A stretch of 64,000 nt of DNA, taken from assembly GCA_963727455.1 (NCBI GenBank), contig CAVSGG010000005.1, positions 224,001 through 288,000 on the forward strand. The letters run 5' to 3'. A program made the position numbers and the translations under genes. The stretch comes from Candidatus Krumholzibacteriota bacterium (GTDB lineage: Bacteria > Krumholzibacteriota > Krumholzibacteriia > JAJRXK01). Of the stretch, positions 1-10,592 are shown piece after piece. The notes below the pieces were generated by a model. The model ran no database searches. It was given only the letters and a program-made list of their open reading frames with translations, and had not been told where the DNA came from. The first letter of the stretch is position 1; the number at the start of each line of letters is the position of its first letter.

Positions 1-911
1 CTGAAGTAGATGTCGCGGCATTCACCAATTTGAGCCGTGAACACCTCGACTACCATCCGGACCTTCAGAGCTATCTGGGCGCAAAACGACGGCTGCTCGA
101 TCGACTCGAGGGTAGCTCGCGCGAGAAGTCCGTCGGCTGTGCCGTGGTCTTCGTCGATGACGAGACTTTCGCCGCCGTTCCCTGGCCCAAGCGAACGCTC
201 AGAGTGGGGCGTCGCGCGGGGAGCGACTTGCGCTTGCTCGATTCCACTCTTGACCGCGATGGGATTTCGTTCCAAGTCGAATTGCAACACGAGCAGGTCG
301 AGTTTCACTCCCGGCTCCTGGGTGGGTTCAACGTGGACAACGCCCTCGTGGCTTTGGGATGTGGATCGGCTCTGGGGCTTTCGAAAGAAGAGTTGCAGGC
401 GGGTCTGGCCGCGGCCCAACCAGTGCGAGGTCGGCTGCAAGCGGTCGAGCTCTCGGGTGGACCTTTGGTAGTGGTCGACTACGCGCACACGCCCGATGGT
501 CTGAAGAAGGCACTCTCCGCCTGCCGCGAATTCAGCCGAGGGCGCATTCATGTCGTGTTCGGTTGTGGGGGTGACCGCGACAGAGGCAAGCGTCCTCTCA
601 TGGCAGCAACCGTGATGGATGGGGCGGACCAAATCTATCTTACGCTCGATAACCCGCGCACCGAAGATCCGCAGAGGATCTTCGCGGATGTCGAGAGTGG
701 AATGCGACGCGCCTATGATGAGGGCAGGGCGCGCACCATCGAGGATCGGGGAGCTGCGATCGCAGCTGCTCTCGAGGCCGCCGACAGCGAAGATCTCATT
801 CTTCTAGCCGGAAAGGGACATGAGAATTACCAGATCGTCGGCACCGAGAAGCAGCCCTGGGATGACGCGAGCGCGGCACGTGCTGCCTGGGACGTGGGGA
901 GGAAGGCATGA
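1..911 (+). CDS. murE: UDP-MurNAc-tripeptide synthetase, 5'-truncated by window edge
   Basis: NLSREHLDYH, VVDYAHTPDG, FGCGGDRD, DNPR and AGKGHE motifs; first gene of the dcw cluster. Confidence 0.95.
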   Translation, partial: EVDVAAFTNLSREHLDYHPDLQSYLGAKRRLLDRLEGSSREKSVGCAVVFVDDETFAAVPWPKRTLRVGRRAGSDLRLLDSTLDRDGISFQVELQHEQVEFHSRLLGGFNVDNALVALGCGSALGLSKEELQAGLAAAQPVRGRLQAVELSGGPLVVVDYAHTPDGLKKALSACREFSRGRIHVVFGCGGDRDRGKRPLMAATVMDGADQIYLTLDNPRTEDPQRIFADVESGMRRAYDEGRARTIEDRGAAIAAALEAADSEDLILLAGKGHENYQIVGTEKQPWDDASAARAAWDVGRKA

Positions 912-2313
912 GCTTCACTGCCTACGACATCCACGAGTGGCTCGACGAAGCGGAAGTAGCCCACCGTCTCCTACGCGCGGATGGAGCGGTGTGGACCTCC
1001 GAGAATAGTCTGGCCTCGCAGATTCTCCACGGCGCCGTCGTCGACAGCCGGCAGAGCCAAGCGGCAACCCTCTTCGTCGCAATGCAGGGGGAACGGCACC
1101 ACGGCGCGGACTTTCTGGTGCAGAGTTTCGAGAGAGGCGCATCCGCGGCGCTGGTAGAAAACAAGATTCCCCACGCCGAAGGCTACGAGCAGCCGGTCTT
1201 TCTGGTGGAGGACATGCGCGCGGCTCTCTTTGCTCTCACTCGAGGCTGGCTTCACAAGCATCCGACCACGGTAGCCGGAATCACGGGATCCAACGGCAAG
1301 ACGACTACCAAGGACATGACGAAAGCGGCGCTGAGCGACCGCGAGGTTGGAGTGAGCCCGGGAAATCTGAACAGCAGCATCGGACTTCCTCTGGCCGTGC
1401 TCTCGCAACCCGATCATCTGGATCTTCTGGTGCTGGAGATGGGTGCTTCGCGCAAGGGAGAGATCGCAGCTTTGAGCGAGTGCGTGAGGCCGCGCATCGG
1501 CTGTGTCACCAATGTGGGAGCGGCCCACCTGGAGAACTTCGGTGACCTGGAAGGCGTCCTGGTCGAGAAGTCAGCTCTCCTGGAGAACCTGCCGCCCCAG
1601 GGCCATGCGGTCTTACCCGGTGACGATGCAAGCTACCAGCGACTGCTTAAAGCTTGCAGAGCAGAAGAGAGAATCACTTTCGGTAAGAACAAGAAGTGCG
1701 ATGTGAGGCTCCAGAGGTGCCAACAGACGGTCGAAGGTCTGCGCGTGAAAGTGCAGGGAGTCGAGACGGTTCTCCCACTCTTCGGCGAGGCCAATGGACT
1801 CAACGCCGCAGCTGCATGCGCGATCGCAAAGGTCGCGGGGGTCGAAATCGACGATGCGCTTCCCCGCATCGCCGAGGCCACCGTCTCTCCGCATCGGAGC
1901 CGTTTCGTGCGGCACGCCGGCTGCGTCATTTTGGACGATTGCTACAATGCAAATCCTTCCAGCATGGAGTCCGCGCTGAGAAGCCTCGCTCAGCTCCCTG
2001 TCCAGGGCCGCAAGATCGCCGTTCTCGGCAGCATGGCAGAGCTCGGGCCCGAGAGCACGAATCTGCATCGGCGCGTGGTAATGCGGGCCCGCGAGTTGGG
2101 GATAGATGAACTGGTGCCAGTGGGACGGCAGATGGTCTTTGCCACCGACGAGCAGGCTGATCCCGACCAAGACCTGAGCGAACTAGGTCACGAGATTGCG
2201 CGAGGACTGCGCGAAGGCGACGCGGTTTTGCTGAAAGCCAGCCGTAGTGTGGGTCTGGAAGTGGTTCTCGAGTCGCTATTGGAGGAATTGAGCGCGCGGG
2301 GGGGGGAGACTGA
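908..2313 (+). CDS. murF: UDP-MurNAc-pentapeptide synthetase; true stop probably TGA 2311-2313, lost through an indel in a G9 run
   Basis: GITGSNGKTTTK, LEMG, DDCYNANP, LGSMAELG and LLKASR motifs; the ORF track reads through to 3028 in a non-homologous frame overlapping mraY. Confidence 0.9.
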
Positions 2314-3401
2314 TGTTCTACGAACTCGTCGAGATTCTCCGCGGCAGCTGGGGCGGATTCAACGTCTTCCGGTACATCACATTTCGTGCTGCCTACGCCA
2401 CCGTTACTGCGCTTCTCATCTGCTTCGTGTTCGGAGGGTGGGCCATTGCGAAACTTCGTTCGCTCCAGATCGGGGAGACCATCAGGGAAGAGGGGCCGGA
2501 GGGACACCGTGTCAAAGCGGGCACGCCCACCATGGGGGGGCTGTTGATCCTGGCCGCCATCATCATTCCCATGTTGCTGTGGGGGAATCTCGGAAACCAA
2601 CTGGTCAAAGTGGCGCTTCTCAGCACGGTCTTCATGGGGCTGCTCGGTTTTATCGACGACTATCTGAAAGTCGTCATGAAGAAGAGGAATGGGCTGTCGG
2701 GTCGCTGGAAAATCTTGGCCCAGGGAATCTTCGGACTGGTTCTGGCGCTTTGGATGGTGCGTACGCCCGAGTACGCCGGAATCGCGACCGAGAGCACTCT
2801 ACCCTTCTTCAAGGGCGTCATGCTCAACTGGGGCTGGCTGTATGTGCCCCTGGTCGTGCTGGTCTTCTCTGGTACCACGAATGCGGTAAACCTGGCCGAC
2901 GGTCTCGACGGCCTGGCCGTGGGCTTGGCGGCCCTGTGTTTCGCGGCTTTCGCAGTCCTGGCTTACGTGACCGGGAACAGTGTCATCAGCGGTTACTTGA
3001 ACATCTTGTTTCTGAGGGATGCCGGTGAGCTCTCGGTCTTCGCGATGGCGGTCCTGGGAGCTTCGCTCGGTTTCCTGTGGTACAACGCGCACCCGGCGGA
3101 AGTCTTCATGGGCGATACCGGGGCCATGGCGCTGGGCGGCGCGCTGGCGAGCGTGGCTCTTTTGATCAAGCAAGAATTGCTACTCGTGGTCATTGGTGGA
3201 GTGTTCGTGGCAGAGGCGCTCTCGGTCGCCCTGCAGGTCTTGAGCTATCGCATGCGAAGCGGCAAGCGCGTCTTTCTCATGGCGCCCATTCACCACCACT
3301 TCGAAAAGCTCGGCTGGAGCGAATCGAAAGTCGTGATCCGTTTCTGGATCGTGGGTGCGCTCTTGGTGTTGCTTTCGGTCTCGACCCTGAAGCTAAGGTG
3401 A
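2313..3401 (+). CDS. mraY: Phospho-MurNAc-pentapeptide transferase
   Basis: KAGTPTMGG, GFIDDY, NAVNLADGLDGL, FMGDTG and MAPIHHHFE motifs; multiple TM segments. Confidence 0.97.
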   Translation: MFYELVEILRGSWGGFNVFRYITFRAAYATVTALLICFVFGGWAIAKLRSLQIGETIREEGPEGHRVKAGTPTMGGLLILAAIIIPMLLWGNLGNQLVKVALLSTVFMGLLGFIDDYLKVVMKKRNGLSGRWKILAQGIFGLVLALWMVRTPEYAGIATESTLPFFKGVMLNWGWLYVPLVVLVFSGTTNAVNLADGLDGLAVGLAALCFAAFAVLAYVTGNSVISGYLNILFLRDAGELSVFAMAVLGASLGFLWYNAHPAEVFMGDTGAMALGGALASVALLIKQELLLVVIGGVFVAEALSVALQVLSYRMRSGKRVFLMAPIHHHFEKLGWSESKVVIRFWIVGALLVLLSVSTLKLR

Positions 3402-4813
3402 TGATGAGAGTGATGTCTCGAGCAATGGAGATCCTGCCGCGCGACGGCTCTTGGCGCGATACCCGCGTCGGAGTCTTCGGTCTGGGCAGAAGCGGGGGTG
3501 CCGCCGCCGAACTCCTCTTGAATGAGGGGTGCCGAGTCACTCTGTTCGACGATCGCCAAGCCGACGAACTCAGCGAGGTGCTCGCGAAGCTGGGCAATCG
3601 CGTCAACGCGTTTCACACGGGGGCAGAAGCTGGTACTGAAGCCGCGGTACGCGAACTCGAGGTGCTGATCGTCAGTCCCGGCATTCCTGACAGCAATCCG
3701 GTGGTGCAGCAGGCGCTCCAGCAAGGCCTGCCCGTCTACAGTGAATTGGAGTTGGCGGCCCGTCGCGTCGAAGGTCCTCTCTTGGTGGTGACGGGAACCA
3801 ACGGGAAGAGCACGACCGTCAGCCTTATCCATCATCTCCTGGGCTGCGCAGGAAAGTCTTCTCTCTTGGCGGGCAACATCGGAACTGCGCTGAGTGCTGT
3901 CGTGAACGATGCCGGGCCCGGGGTGTTCGTCGTAGTGGAGGCTTCTTCCTTCCAGCTCGAACACGTCGAGCAGCTTCACCCGGACGTGGCGGTGCTTTTG
4001 AATATCGCTCCGGATCATCTCAATCGGTATCCGGACATGGAATCCTACGCTGAAGCGAAGCGCCGGATGCTGCAGCGAATGGATGAAAACGACGCATTCG
4101 TATTTCCCCGGGGGGAGGTCTGGGCCGAAGCGTGGAGCGCGGTTTGCTCTTCTCGCAAGCTCCGCTTCCAGCCCGCGCCGATCGCCGCCGGGGAAGACGG
4201 GACCGGTCTCGCTCAGGACTGGCTCGTTCAACGCAGCGGGGGGCGAGAGGAGCGCATCCTCTCCGCCTCCGCGCTGCCTCTCTTGGGCCATCACAACCTA
4301 CTCAACGCCCTCGCCGCGCTCGCCGCGCTCCTTCCCTACCGAATCCCGGTCTCCTCCCTTGCGGAAGGTCTGAGCAGCTTCAAGGGACTTCCCCACCGCG
4401 TCGAACTCGTGGGCGAGATCGCGGGAGTTCGCTACGTGAACGACTCGAAAGCGACCAACGTACACGCGGCCTTGGCGGCACTCAGCGGTCTGACCGGCCC
4501 CTTCGTGATGCTCTTGGGAGGACAGGGTAAAGGCGAAGACTACAGTCCTCTCGCATCTGCGATGGGACAGGTGCGTACGGCGATCTGCTATGGCAAGGAG
4601 TCGGAGGCGATCGCGTCCGCGCTTCACGGTGCAGTCGAGCTCAAGAAGGTAGGGGGAATGCTCGAGGCCCTCCAGTTGGCGAAAGAGATCGCCAGTCGCG
4701 GCGATACCGTTCTGCTCTCCCCTGCCTGCACCAGCTACGACGAATTCTCCTCCTTCGTGGAGCGCGGGGAGGTCTTCACCGAGTGGGTCAAGAAGAAGGG
4801 AGGCCGGACGTGA
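3401..4813 (+). CDS. murD: UDP-MurNAc-L-Ala:D-Glu ligase
   Basis: GLGRSG, VSPGIP, VTGTNGKST, EASSFQL, NDSKATN and LLSPAC motifs; start coupled to the mraY stop (TGATG). Confidence 0.95.
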   Translation: MMRVMSRAMEILPRDGSWRDTRVGVFGLGRSGGAAAELLLNEGCRVTLFDDRQADELSEVLAKLGNRVNAFHTGAEAGTEAAVRELEVLIVSPGIPDSNPVVQQALQQGLPVYSELELAARRVEGPLLVVTGTNGKSTTVSLIHHLLGCAGKSSLLAGNIGTALSAVVNDAGPGVFVVVEASSFQLEHVEQLHPDVAVLLNIAPDHLNRYPDMESYAEAKRRMLQRMDENDAFVFPRGEVWAEAWSAVCSSRKLRFQPAPIAAGEDGTGLAQDWLVQRSGGREERILSASALPLLGHHNLLNALAALAALLPYRIPVSSLAEGLSSFKGLPHRVELVGEIAGVRYVNDSKATNVHAALAALSGLTGPFVMLLGGQGKGEDYSPLASAMGQVRTAICYGKESEAIASALHGAVELKKVGGMLEALQLAKEIASRGDTVLLSPACTSYDEFSSFVERGEVFTEWVKKKGGRT

Positions 4814-5955
4814 AAAATGCCACCACGCTTCCCGATCGCAGGCTCGTCCTTCTGACTCTATTACTCGTCGGACTGGGAATGATCATGGTCTACGCTTCGA
4901 GCAGCTACCGCGCGAGCATGGCAGGAGTGACCGAATTCTCGTTCGCGGCACGTCAAACTTTGCGCGCGCTCATCGGACTCAGCGTGATGTTCCTGTTGGC
5001 GTGGATTCCCTACCGCGTCTCCTGCCGTTTTGCTCTGATCGCTCTGCCGGCAGCCGTGCTCATGCTATTGATCACAGTGGTGGGAACGAGTTTCACGCGG
5101 TCTTCCTACGGCATCACCCGATGGCTCCACATTTTCGGTGTCATCGTTCAGCCTGTCGAACTCGTGAAGTTGGGACTGGCGCTGGGACTTCCTTACTGGA
5201 TCGACCGCCATCCGGAGGTCACGAGAGAGGGCAAGGCATTTCTGCGGATGGCGGCGGTGCCGGGCATCGTGATCCTGCTCTTGGCTCTGCAACCGAATTT
5301 CGGTTCGGCGATGGCTTTGTCCTTCTTGTGCCTATGCCTGTTTTGGTTGGGCGGAGTCAAGGCGCGCTGGATCTTCCTGTTGCTTCTCGCGGGAGCGGTG
5401 CTCTGCTGGCTGGCCTACGCCCATGTGGGAAAAGTGCACGAGCGTGTCGCGGCCTGGATGGACCTGCTGCTCCGCGGTGGTCACGACGGACGCTTCGGCT
5501 ACCAGTCTTACCAGGCGCTGGTGGGCTTGGGAAGTGGCGGCTGGCGCGGGGTTGGACCGGGCATGAGCACCATGAAGTACCTCTTCCTGCCGGCCAGCCA
5601 CACCGATTTCATCTTCGCCATTCTGGGCGAGGAACTGGGCTTCTTGGGCGCCGGGGGTCTCATCATCATTCTCTTTTTCTGGTTCGCGCGTGCCTTGAAG
5701 GTCGCGCGGAACGCCCCGGACGGCTTGGCCTATCTAGTGACTCTGAGCATCGGCGCGATGGTGCTCTGCTACGCCGTACTCAACCTCGCGGTCGTCGTGG
5801 GACTGATGCCGGTGACCGGTCTTCCCTTGCCTTTCCTGAGCTACGGAGGCAGCGCTCTCATCACCAATCTCGCGGGCGTCGGCGTGTTGCTGAGTGTGAC
5901 TCGCCACCTGCGCCGCCGTCGCGCCCCCAACGATCGCTGGAGGAAGAGAGCATGA
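4810..5955 (+). CDS. ftsW: Cell division SEDS peptidoglycan polymerase FtsW
   Basis: QPVELVK, LQPNFG, GYQ, LPASHTDFIFAILGEELG and LPFLSYGGS motifs; GTG overlaps the murD stop. Confidence 0.95.
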   Translation: MKNATTLPDRRLVLLTLLLVGLGMIMVYASSSYRASMAGVTEFSFAARQTLRALIGLSVMFLLAWIPYRVSCRFALIALPAAVLMLLITVVGTSFTRSSYGITRWLHIFGVIVQPVELVKLGLALGLPYWIDRHPEVTREGKAFLRMAAVPGIVILLLALQPNFGSAMALSFLCLCLFWLGGVKARWIFLLLLAGAVLCWLAYAHVGKVHERVAAWMDLLLRGGHDGRFGYQSYQALVGLGSGGWRGVGPGMSTMKYLFLPASHTDFIFAILGEELGFLGAGGLIIILFFWFARALKVARNAPDGLAYLVTLSIGAMVLCYAVLNLAVVVGLMPVTGLPLPFLSYGGSALITNLAGVGVLLSVTRHLRRRRAPNDRWRKRA

Positions 5956-7079
5956 GTGCGCGCTTCCTCATCGCAGCAGGTGGGACCGGAGGGCACGTGC
6001 AGCCCGCTCTGGCCGTGGCCAGGGAACTGGTGAATCAGAGTCCCACTGCGCGCGTACATTTTGTCGGCGGACGCCGCGGAATCGAGAACCAGCTGGTTCC
6101 CGCAGCCGGATTTCCCCTCACACGTCTCCCTGCGGCGGGCTTGCGAGGACTGGGCATTGCCGGCGCCCTGCGCTTTGCCTTCAGTTTCGGGGCGGCCTTC
6201 CTCTCAGCCATACCCTTGATTCTTCGCCTGCGACCCGCTGCCGTGCTCGCGACGGGGGGCTACGCCAGCGCGGCTCCCTCGGTCGCGGCCGCTCTCATGG
6301 GCAGACCCCTCTGGCTGCAGGAGCAGAACTCGGTACCCGGTTCGACGAATCGCTTCCTGTCCCGCTTTGCCGAGCGCGCCTATGTGGCATTCGAGCAGGG
6401 AGCAAAGTACCTCTCGCGCGCGAAGCGCGTCGAGGTGCTCCCCAATCCGGTACGTGCGGAGATTTTGCGGGCACGAGGAGAGCATGCGAGTGCCGAAGAC
6501 TACGAGAGCTTCGGATTGGATTCGACCGACAAACTGACTCTCCTCGTTTTCGGAGGAAGCCGTGGAGCCTCCCGCCTCAACGACGCGGTAGTGGGCGCAT
6601 GGCTCGCGCGAGCGGGTCGAGGGGGCTGGCAAGCGATCGTGCAAACTGGACGAGAGGACTTGGCCCGAGTGCAAAACGAACTCGAAGGTCTGGGGCAGAT
6701 CAGGCCCTTGGCCTACATCGAGGACATGGCCGCGGCATACCGCGTCGCGGATCTCGTGGTTTGCCGGGCTGGAGCGCTCACCCTTGCGGAGCTGGCGGCT
6801 GCCGGCAAGGCCGCGATCCTGGTGCCCTTCCCGTACGCGACCGATGACCACCAAAGCCACAATGCCGCCGCTTTCAGCCGGGTAAACGCGGCAAGAGTCG
6901 TGGCCGACGCGGACTTCGACGCATCGACGCTCAACGAACTACTCGACGAATTTCAAGAGAATCCAGCCGTGCTGGAGACGATGGGGGAGGCGGCGGCGAT
7001 GATCGCCGCTGGCAAGAATGGCGCTGCTGAACTCGCCGCCGCCTTGATCTCTCGTGCACGGGAAGGGGGGGGCGCATGA
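5952..7079 (+). CDS. murG: Lipid II GlcNAc transferase
   Basis: GGTGGHV, TGGY, EQNSVPG, FGGSRGA and CRAGALT motifs. Confidence 0.96.
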   Translation: MSARFLIAAGGTGGHVQPALAVARELVNQSPTARVHFVGGRRGIENQLVPAAGFPLTRLPAAGLRGLGIAGALRFAFSFGAAFLSAIPLILRLRPAAVLATGGYASAAPSVAAALMGRPLWLQEQNSVPGSTNRFLSRFAERAYVAFEQGAKYLSRAKRVEVLPNPVRAEILRARGEHASAEDYESFGLDSTDKLTLLVFGGSRGASRLNDAVVGAWLARAGRGGWQAIVQTGREDLARVQNELEGLGQIRPLAYIEDMAAAYRVADLVVCRAGALTLAELAAAGKAAILVPFPYATDDHQSHNAAAFSRVNAARVVADADFDASTLNELLDEFQENPAVLETMGEAAAMIAAGKNGAAELAAALISRAREGGGA

Positions 7080-8515
7080 GCTGGACGGATCGTGGTCTTT
7101 TCGTGCGTCCCGGTGAGCGATCCGCCGCGTTCCGGCTCACCCGACGGATTCACTTCGTAGCCATCGGCGGAGTTGGCATGAGCGGGATTGCCGAGGTGTT
7201 GCTCCACTTGGGATTCGAGGTTTCCGGTAGCGACGTGCGGGAGGGCCCCCAGACCCAACGCCTGCAGGACATGGGTGCTCGGGTCTGGCTGGGTCACGAT
7301 GCCGCGCACGTAAACGAAGCGGACGTAGTGGTGTTTTCCTCCGCGGTGCCGCAGAGCAATCCCGAACTCGTGGAGGCTCGGCGTACGGGAATCCCCGTCA
7401 TCCGGCGTGCCGAGATGTTGGCGGAGTTGATGCGTTTGAAGCACGGAGTCGCCATTGCCGGCTCGCACGGAAAGACCACGACGAGCAGTCTCATCGCGAC
7501 GGTGCTTACCGAGGGAGGGCTCGATCCCACGGTGATCGTGGGGGGAAAGCTGTTGGCTTTGGGGGGCACGGCGATTCTGGGTGGAGGTGAATACCTGGTG
7601 GCGGAGGCTGACGAAAGCGACGGCACCTTCCTGCGCCTCGATCCCACCATCGCGGTCATCACCAATGTCGATCACGAACACATGGATCATTACGGAGACA
7701 TGGAGGCAGTGCGCAAGGCCTTCGTGGACTTCATGGATCGCGTTCCCTTCTACGGAAAAGTCATCGCCTGCAAAGACGATCCGGAACTTGCGGCTTTGCT
7801 GCCGCGCATCCGCTGGACCCCCTTCACTTACGGAAGTAGTGAGGACTGTGATCTTCGCGTGGTGCGTCAAGAGGGTAACGAGGCCGGCATGCAGTTGAGA
7901 TTCTGGCTGCACCAAAAAGAACTCGGCAGCTGTCAACTCCCGCTCTTCGGCGGGCACAATGCCATGAACGCCGCGGCCGCGGTCGCCACCGGGCTCGAGC
8001 TGGGTCTGGACTTCGAACAGATCTCCCGCGCTCTGGTGTGCTTCGGCGGAGTCGGCCGACGTTTGGAGCAGAAGGGGGAAGTAGGGGGAGTTCTGGTGGT
8101 GGACGACTACGGACACCATCCGACGGAGTTGGGCGTGACCATCCAGGCGCTCCGCGAGAGCTTCGACCGGCGATTGGTGGTCGTGTTCCAACCCCATCGT
8201 TACACCCGCACACGCGACCACCACGAGGCCTTCGCGCAAGTTCTCTCCGCGGCGGACGAGGTCGGCATCCTTCCGATCTACGAGGCGAGCGAGGAACCGA
8301 TCGAGGGCGTCGATAGCGAACTCATCGCTTCCAGGCTGGAGAGGGAGGGTGCGCGTCCGGTGAAGCGTCTGCAGTCCCTAGACGACGCCGTGGAGTGGGC
8401 GAAGCAGACGGCGCGTCCCGGTGACCTCTGGCTCACGCAAGGCGCGGGGGACATTACGCACCTGGCGGACCTTCTCATGCGCGCTCTGGCCGAGAGAAAC
8501 GAGGATGAGTCATGA
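7076..8515 (+). CDS. murC: UDP-MurNAc:L-Ala ligase
   Basis: IGGVGMSG, GSHGKTTT, EADESDG, DDYGHHPTE and FQPHRYTRT motifs. Confidence 0.97.
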   Translation: MSWTDRGLFVRPGERSAAFRLTRRIHFVAIGGVGMSGIAEVLLHLGFEVSGSDVREGPQTQRLQDMGARVWLGHDAAHVNEADVVVFSSAVPQSNPELVEARRTGIPVIRRAEMLAELMRLKHGVAIAGSHGKTTTSSLIATVLTEGGLDPTVIVGGKLLALGGTAILGGGEYLVAEADESDGTFLRLDPTIAVITNVDHEHMDHYGDMEAVRKAFVDFMDRVPFYGKVIACKDDPELAALLPRIRWTPFTYGSSEDCDLRVVRQEGNEAGMQLRFWLHQKELGSCQLPLFGGHNAMNAAAAVATGLELGLDFEQISRALVCFGGVGRRLEQKGEVGGVLVVDDYGHHPTELGVTIQALRESFDRRLVVVFQPHRYTRTRDHHEAFAQVLSAADEVGILPIYEASEEPIEGVDSELIASRLEREGARPVKRLQSLDDAVEWAKQTARPGDLWLTQGAGDITHLADLLMRALAERNEDES

Positions 8516-9324
8516 CGAAGATCCGCTACGTGGGAACTCAGGATCGCGGCCTGCCCGGCGCACCCTCGGCACGGAGCCGGCGTACGTCTCCTAGAGCGCG
8601 CCGACACAAGAAGTCCCATGTGCGGCGCAAGTTGTTCTTGGCCTTCAGCGCGGCCGCGCTCGGGGGGATGCTCACACTCGGCTGCTTCTTGCGGGTGCAG
8701 TCGGTCAAGATTCAAGGTCATCTCGCCGCGGACCGGGAGCATCTCCGGACCGTTCTCTCGCAGTGCTTCGGAGAGCGCATGTATTTGCTGCCGAAGGACG
8801 AACTGCGCAAGCAACTCCTCGAAGATCCTTGGATCCGTGAGGTGAATTTCATTCCGCTTCCCACTGGAACTCTCCGAGTCGCGGTGGAGGAAGCACGCCC
8901 CGTCTTCTCACTGGAGAATGGTGGGGCAATCTGCGCCGACGGTAGGTACTTGCCTCCGCGGCGCGGTATCGATGTGTCCGGTCTACCCCGACTGAGGGCC
9001 CCACGTCGGGAGGGGACGACCGTACTGAGCAAGGCCACGCGTGAGCTTGTGCGGAAGCTCTGCGTGTCCTTGAACCGGACGCCGTGGACCTGGCCTTTGG
9101 GCCTCTCGTCGGTGGAGGTGGGGGAGAACGGAAGCGTTCGACTCCTCACCGGCGATGGAGTCGAGGTTGTGCTGGGGTCTGAAGGCTGGGACCGGCGTTT
9201 GACGGTATTGACCGCTTCGCTGCCCATGCTGCAGCCCGGTCCAGGGGACCGATTGGATCTTCGCTTCGAGAGGCAAGTCGTCGTGACCAATGCGGGAACG
9301 GCGAGGCGCCACATGGGAGGTTGA
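8512..9324 (+). CDS. ftsQ: Cell division protein FtsQ/DivIB
   Basis: Basic N-tail, single TM, POTRA-like region, C-terminal LDLRF; position before ftsA. Confidence 0.8.
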   Translation: MTKIRYVGTQDRGLPGAPSARSRRTSPRARRHKKSHVRRKLFLAFSAAALGGMLTLGCFLRVQSVKIQGHLAADREHLRTVLSQCFGERMYLLPKDELRKQLLEDPWIREVNFIPLPTGTLRVAVEEARPVFSLENGGAICADGRYLPPRRGIDVSGLPRLRAPRREGTTVLSKATRELVRKLCVSLNRTPWTWPLGLSSVEVGENGSVRLLTGDGVEVVLGSEGWDRRLTVLTASLPMLQPGPGDRLDLRFERQVVVTNAGTARRHMGG

Positions 9325-9325
9325 A

Positions 9326-10543
9326 ATGGACCAAGAACCTGTTCTCGCGGGTCTCGATTTGGGATCCACACGATTTCGTGCCGTGGTAGCCGAACCGGAC
9401 GGGAATGGAGGAGTGGCCATCTTGGGCCACGCCTCCGTTCCCAGCCGAGGCTTTACCCGCAGTGAACTCGTGGATCTGCCCGCGGCCGCGCTCGCGCTGC
9501 GCGGACTGTTGGACACCGCCTGCGACATCGCCGGCGTCATTCCGCAGTCCATCGCGGTCGGCGTGGGAGGATCTCACCTGCGCAGTGTCTCCTCCAGCGG
9601 CTCGATTTCGTTGGACGAATCCGGGGGACACGTGCGCGGTGAACATCTCGAACGGGTACGCCGGCGCGTCCAGGCCATGGGAATTCCCTTCGATCGCGTG
9701 ATACTCCACTGCCTCCCGGTGGAGTACACCCTGGACGGTCGGGGAGGGCTCCAGAATCCGGTGGGGATGATGGGCTCTCGTCTGCAGCTGGATGCTCACC
9801 TCATCACGGGGGAGCAGGCGGCAGTGCAGGCCATGGATCGCGTGGTCGAGATGGCGGGATATCGGGCGGATCCGCTGGTGTTCAACCCCTGCGCCACCGC
9901 CACCTATCTCATCTCCCAGGAAGAGCGCGAACAGGGCTGTCTGCTCATCGATATCGGGGGCGAGCTTACCCACTTTGCGCTGTACTGCCGGGGCAGATTG
10001 CGGCAGAGCGGGGTGGTGCCTCTGGGAGGAAATCATGTCACGAGAGACATTGCCTACGTTTTGGGTGTTGATCCCAAGGAGGCAGAGGTACTAAAAAGGA
10101 CAGCGGCCAGCGCCCTGCGCTCGAAGGTCCTACCCCACGGAGGCACCCCCACCGCCTCAACCGTCGATTCGCCGAGTGCTATCCGAAGCAGGGTGGCAGC
10201 GGTTTGTGAGCCCCGCCAGCAGGAGATCTTGGAGCATGTAGCCTCCGGCCTGCAGTGGGGTGTGACGCGGCCGGCCCTGGCAGCGGGGATCGTTCTCACC
10301 GGTGGTGGGAGCAGAATTCCCGGAACAGTGGAGCTCGCCGAGCAAGTTTTCGCGCTGAGAGCGGATCAAAGGCGAGCTCCCGGTGACGATCTCTCCCAGG
10401 AGCCGGACTCCTGGGCGACAGCGCTCGGTCTGAGCCGGAGAGCTCTACAACACGAACACTCCCTTCCTCTAGCCCCCATCTCTAGTCCCGGGGGAGGGAG
10501 ACTCTGGAGCAATTTCAAACGCATTCTCGACCGCATCGTGTGA
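9326..10543 (+). CDS. ftsA: Cell division protein FtsA
   Basis: [29 protein letters not shown] and VLTGGGS motifs; RBS GGAGG before ATG 9326. Confidence 0.93.
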   Translation: MDQEPVLAGLDLGSTRFRAVVAEPDGNGGVAILGHASVPSRGFTRSELVDLPAAALALRGLLDTACDIAGVIPQSIAVGVGGSHLRSVSSSGSISLDESGGHVRGEHLERVRRRVQAMGIPFDRVILHCLPVEYTLDGRGGLQNPVGMMGSRLQLDAHLITGEQAAVQAMDRVVEMAGYRADPLVFNPCATATYLISQEEREQGCLLIDIGGELTHFALYCRGRLRQSGVVPLGGNHVTRDIAYVLGVDPKEAEVLKRTAASALRSKVLPHGGTPTASTVDSPSAIRSRVAAVCEPRQQEILEHVASGLQWGVTRPALAAGIVLTGGGSRIPGTVELAEQVFALRADQRRAPGDDLSQEPDSWATALGLSRRALQHEHSLPLAPISSPGGGRLWSNFKRILDRIV

Positions 10544-10592
10544 GAGGGAACGCGTTTGTCCCCCACGACACGGTTTAAGCTGGAGGAATCCA

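Noticed and set aside
2314-3028. 706-aa MurF with a C-terminal extension or MurF-MraY fusion
   Set aside because: The extension is an out-of-frame read of mraY with Arg/Gly-rich junk composition, explained by the G9 indel.
3077-5951. Long N-terminal extensions of murD (from 3077) and murG (from 5001)
   Set aside because: Alternate-frame overlaps with mraY and ftsW; homology begins at the coupled starts.
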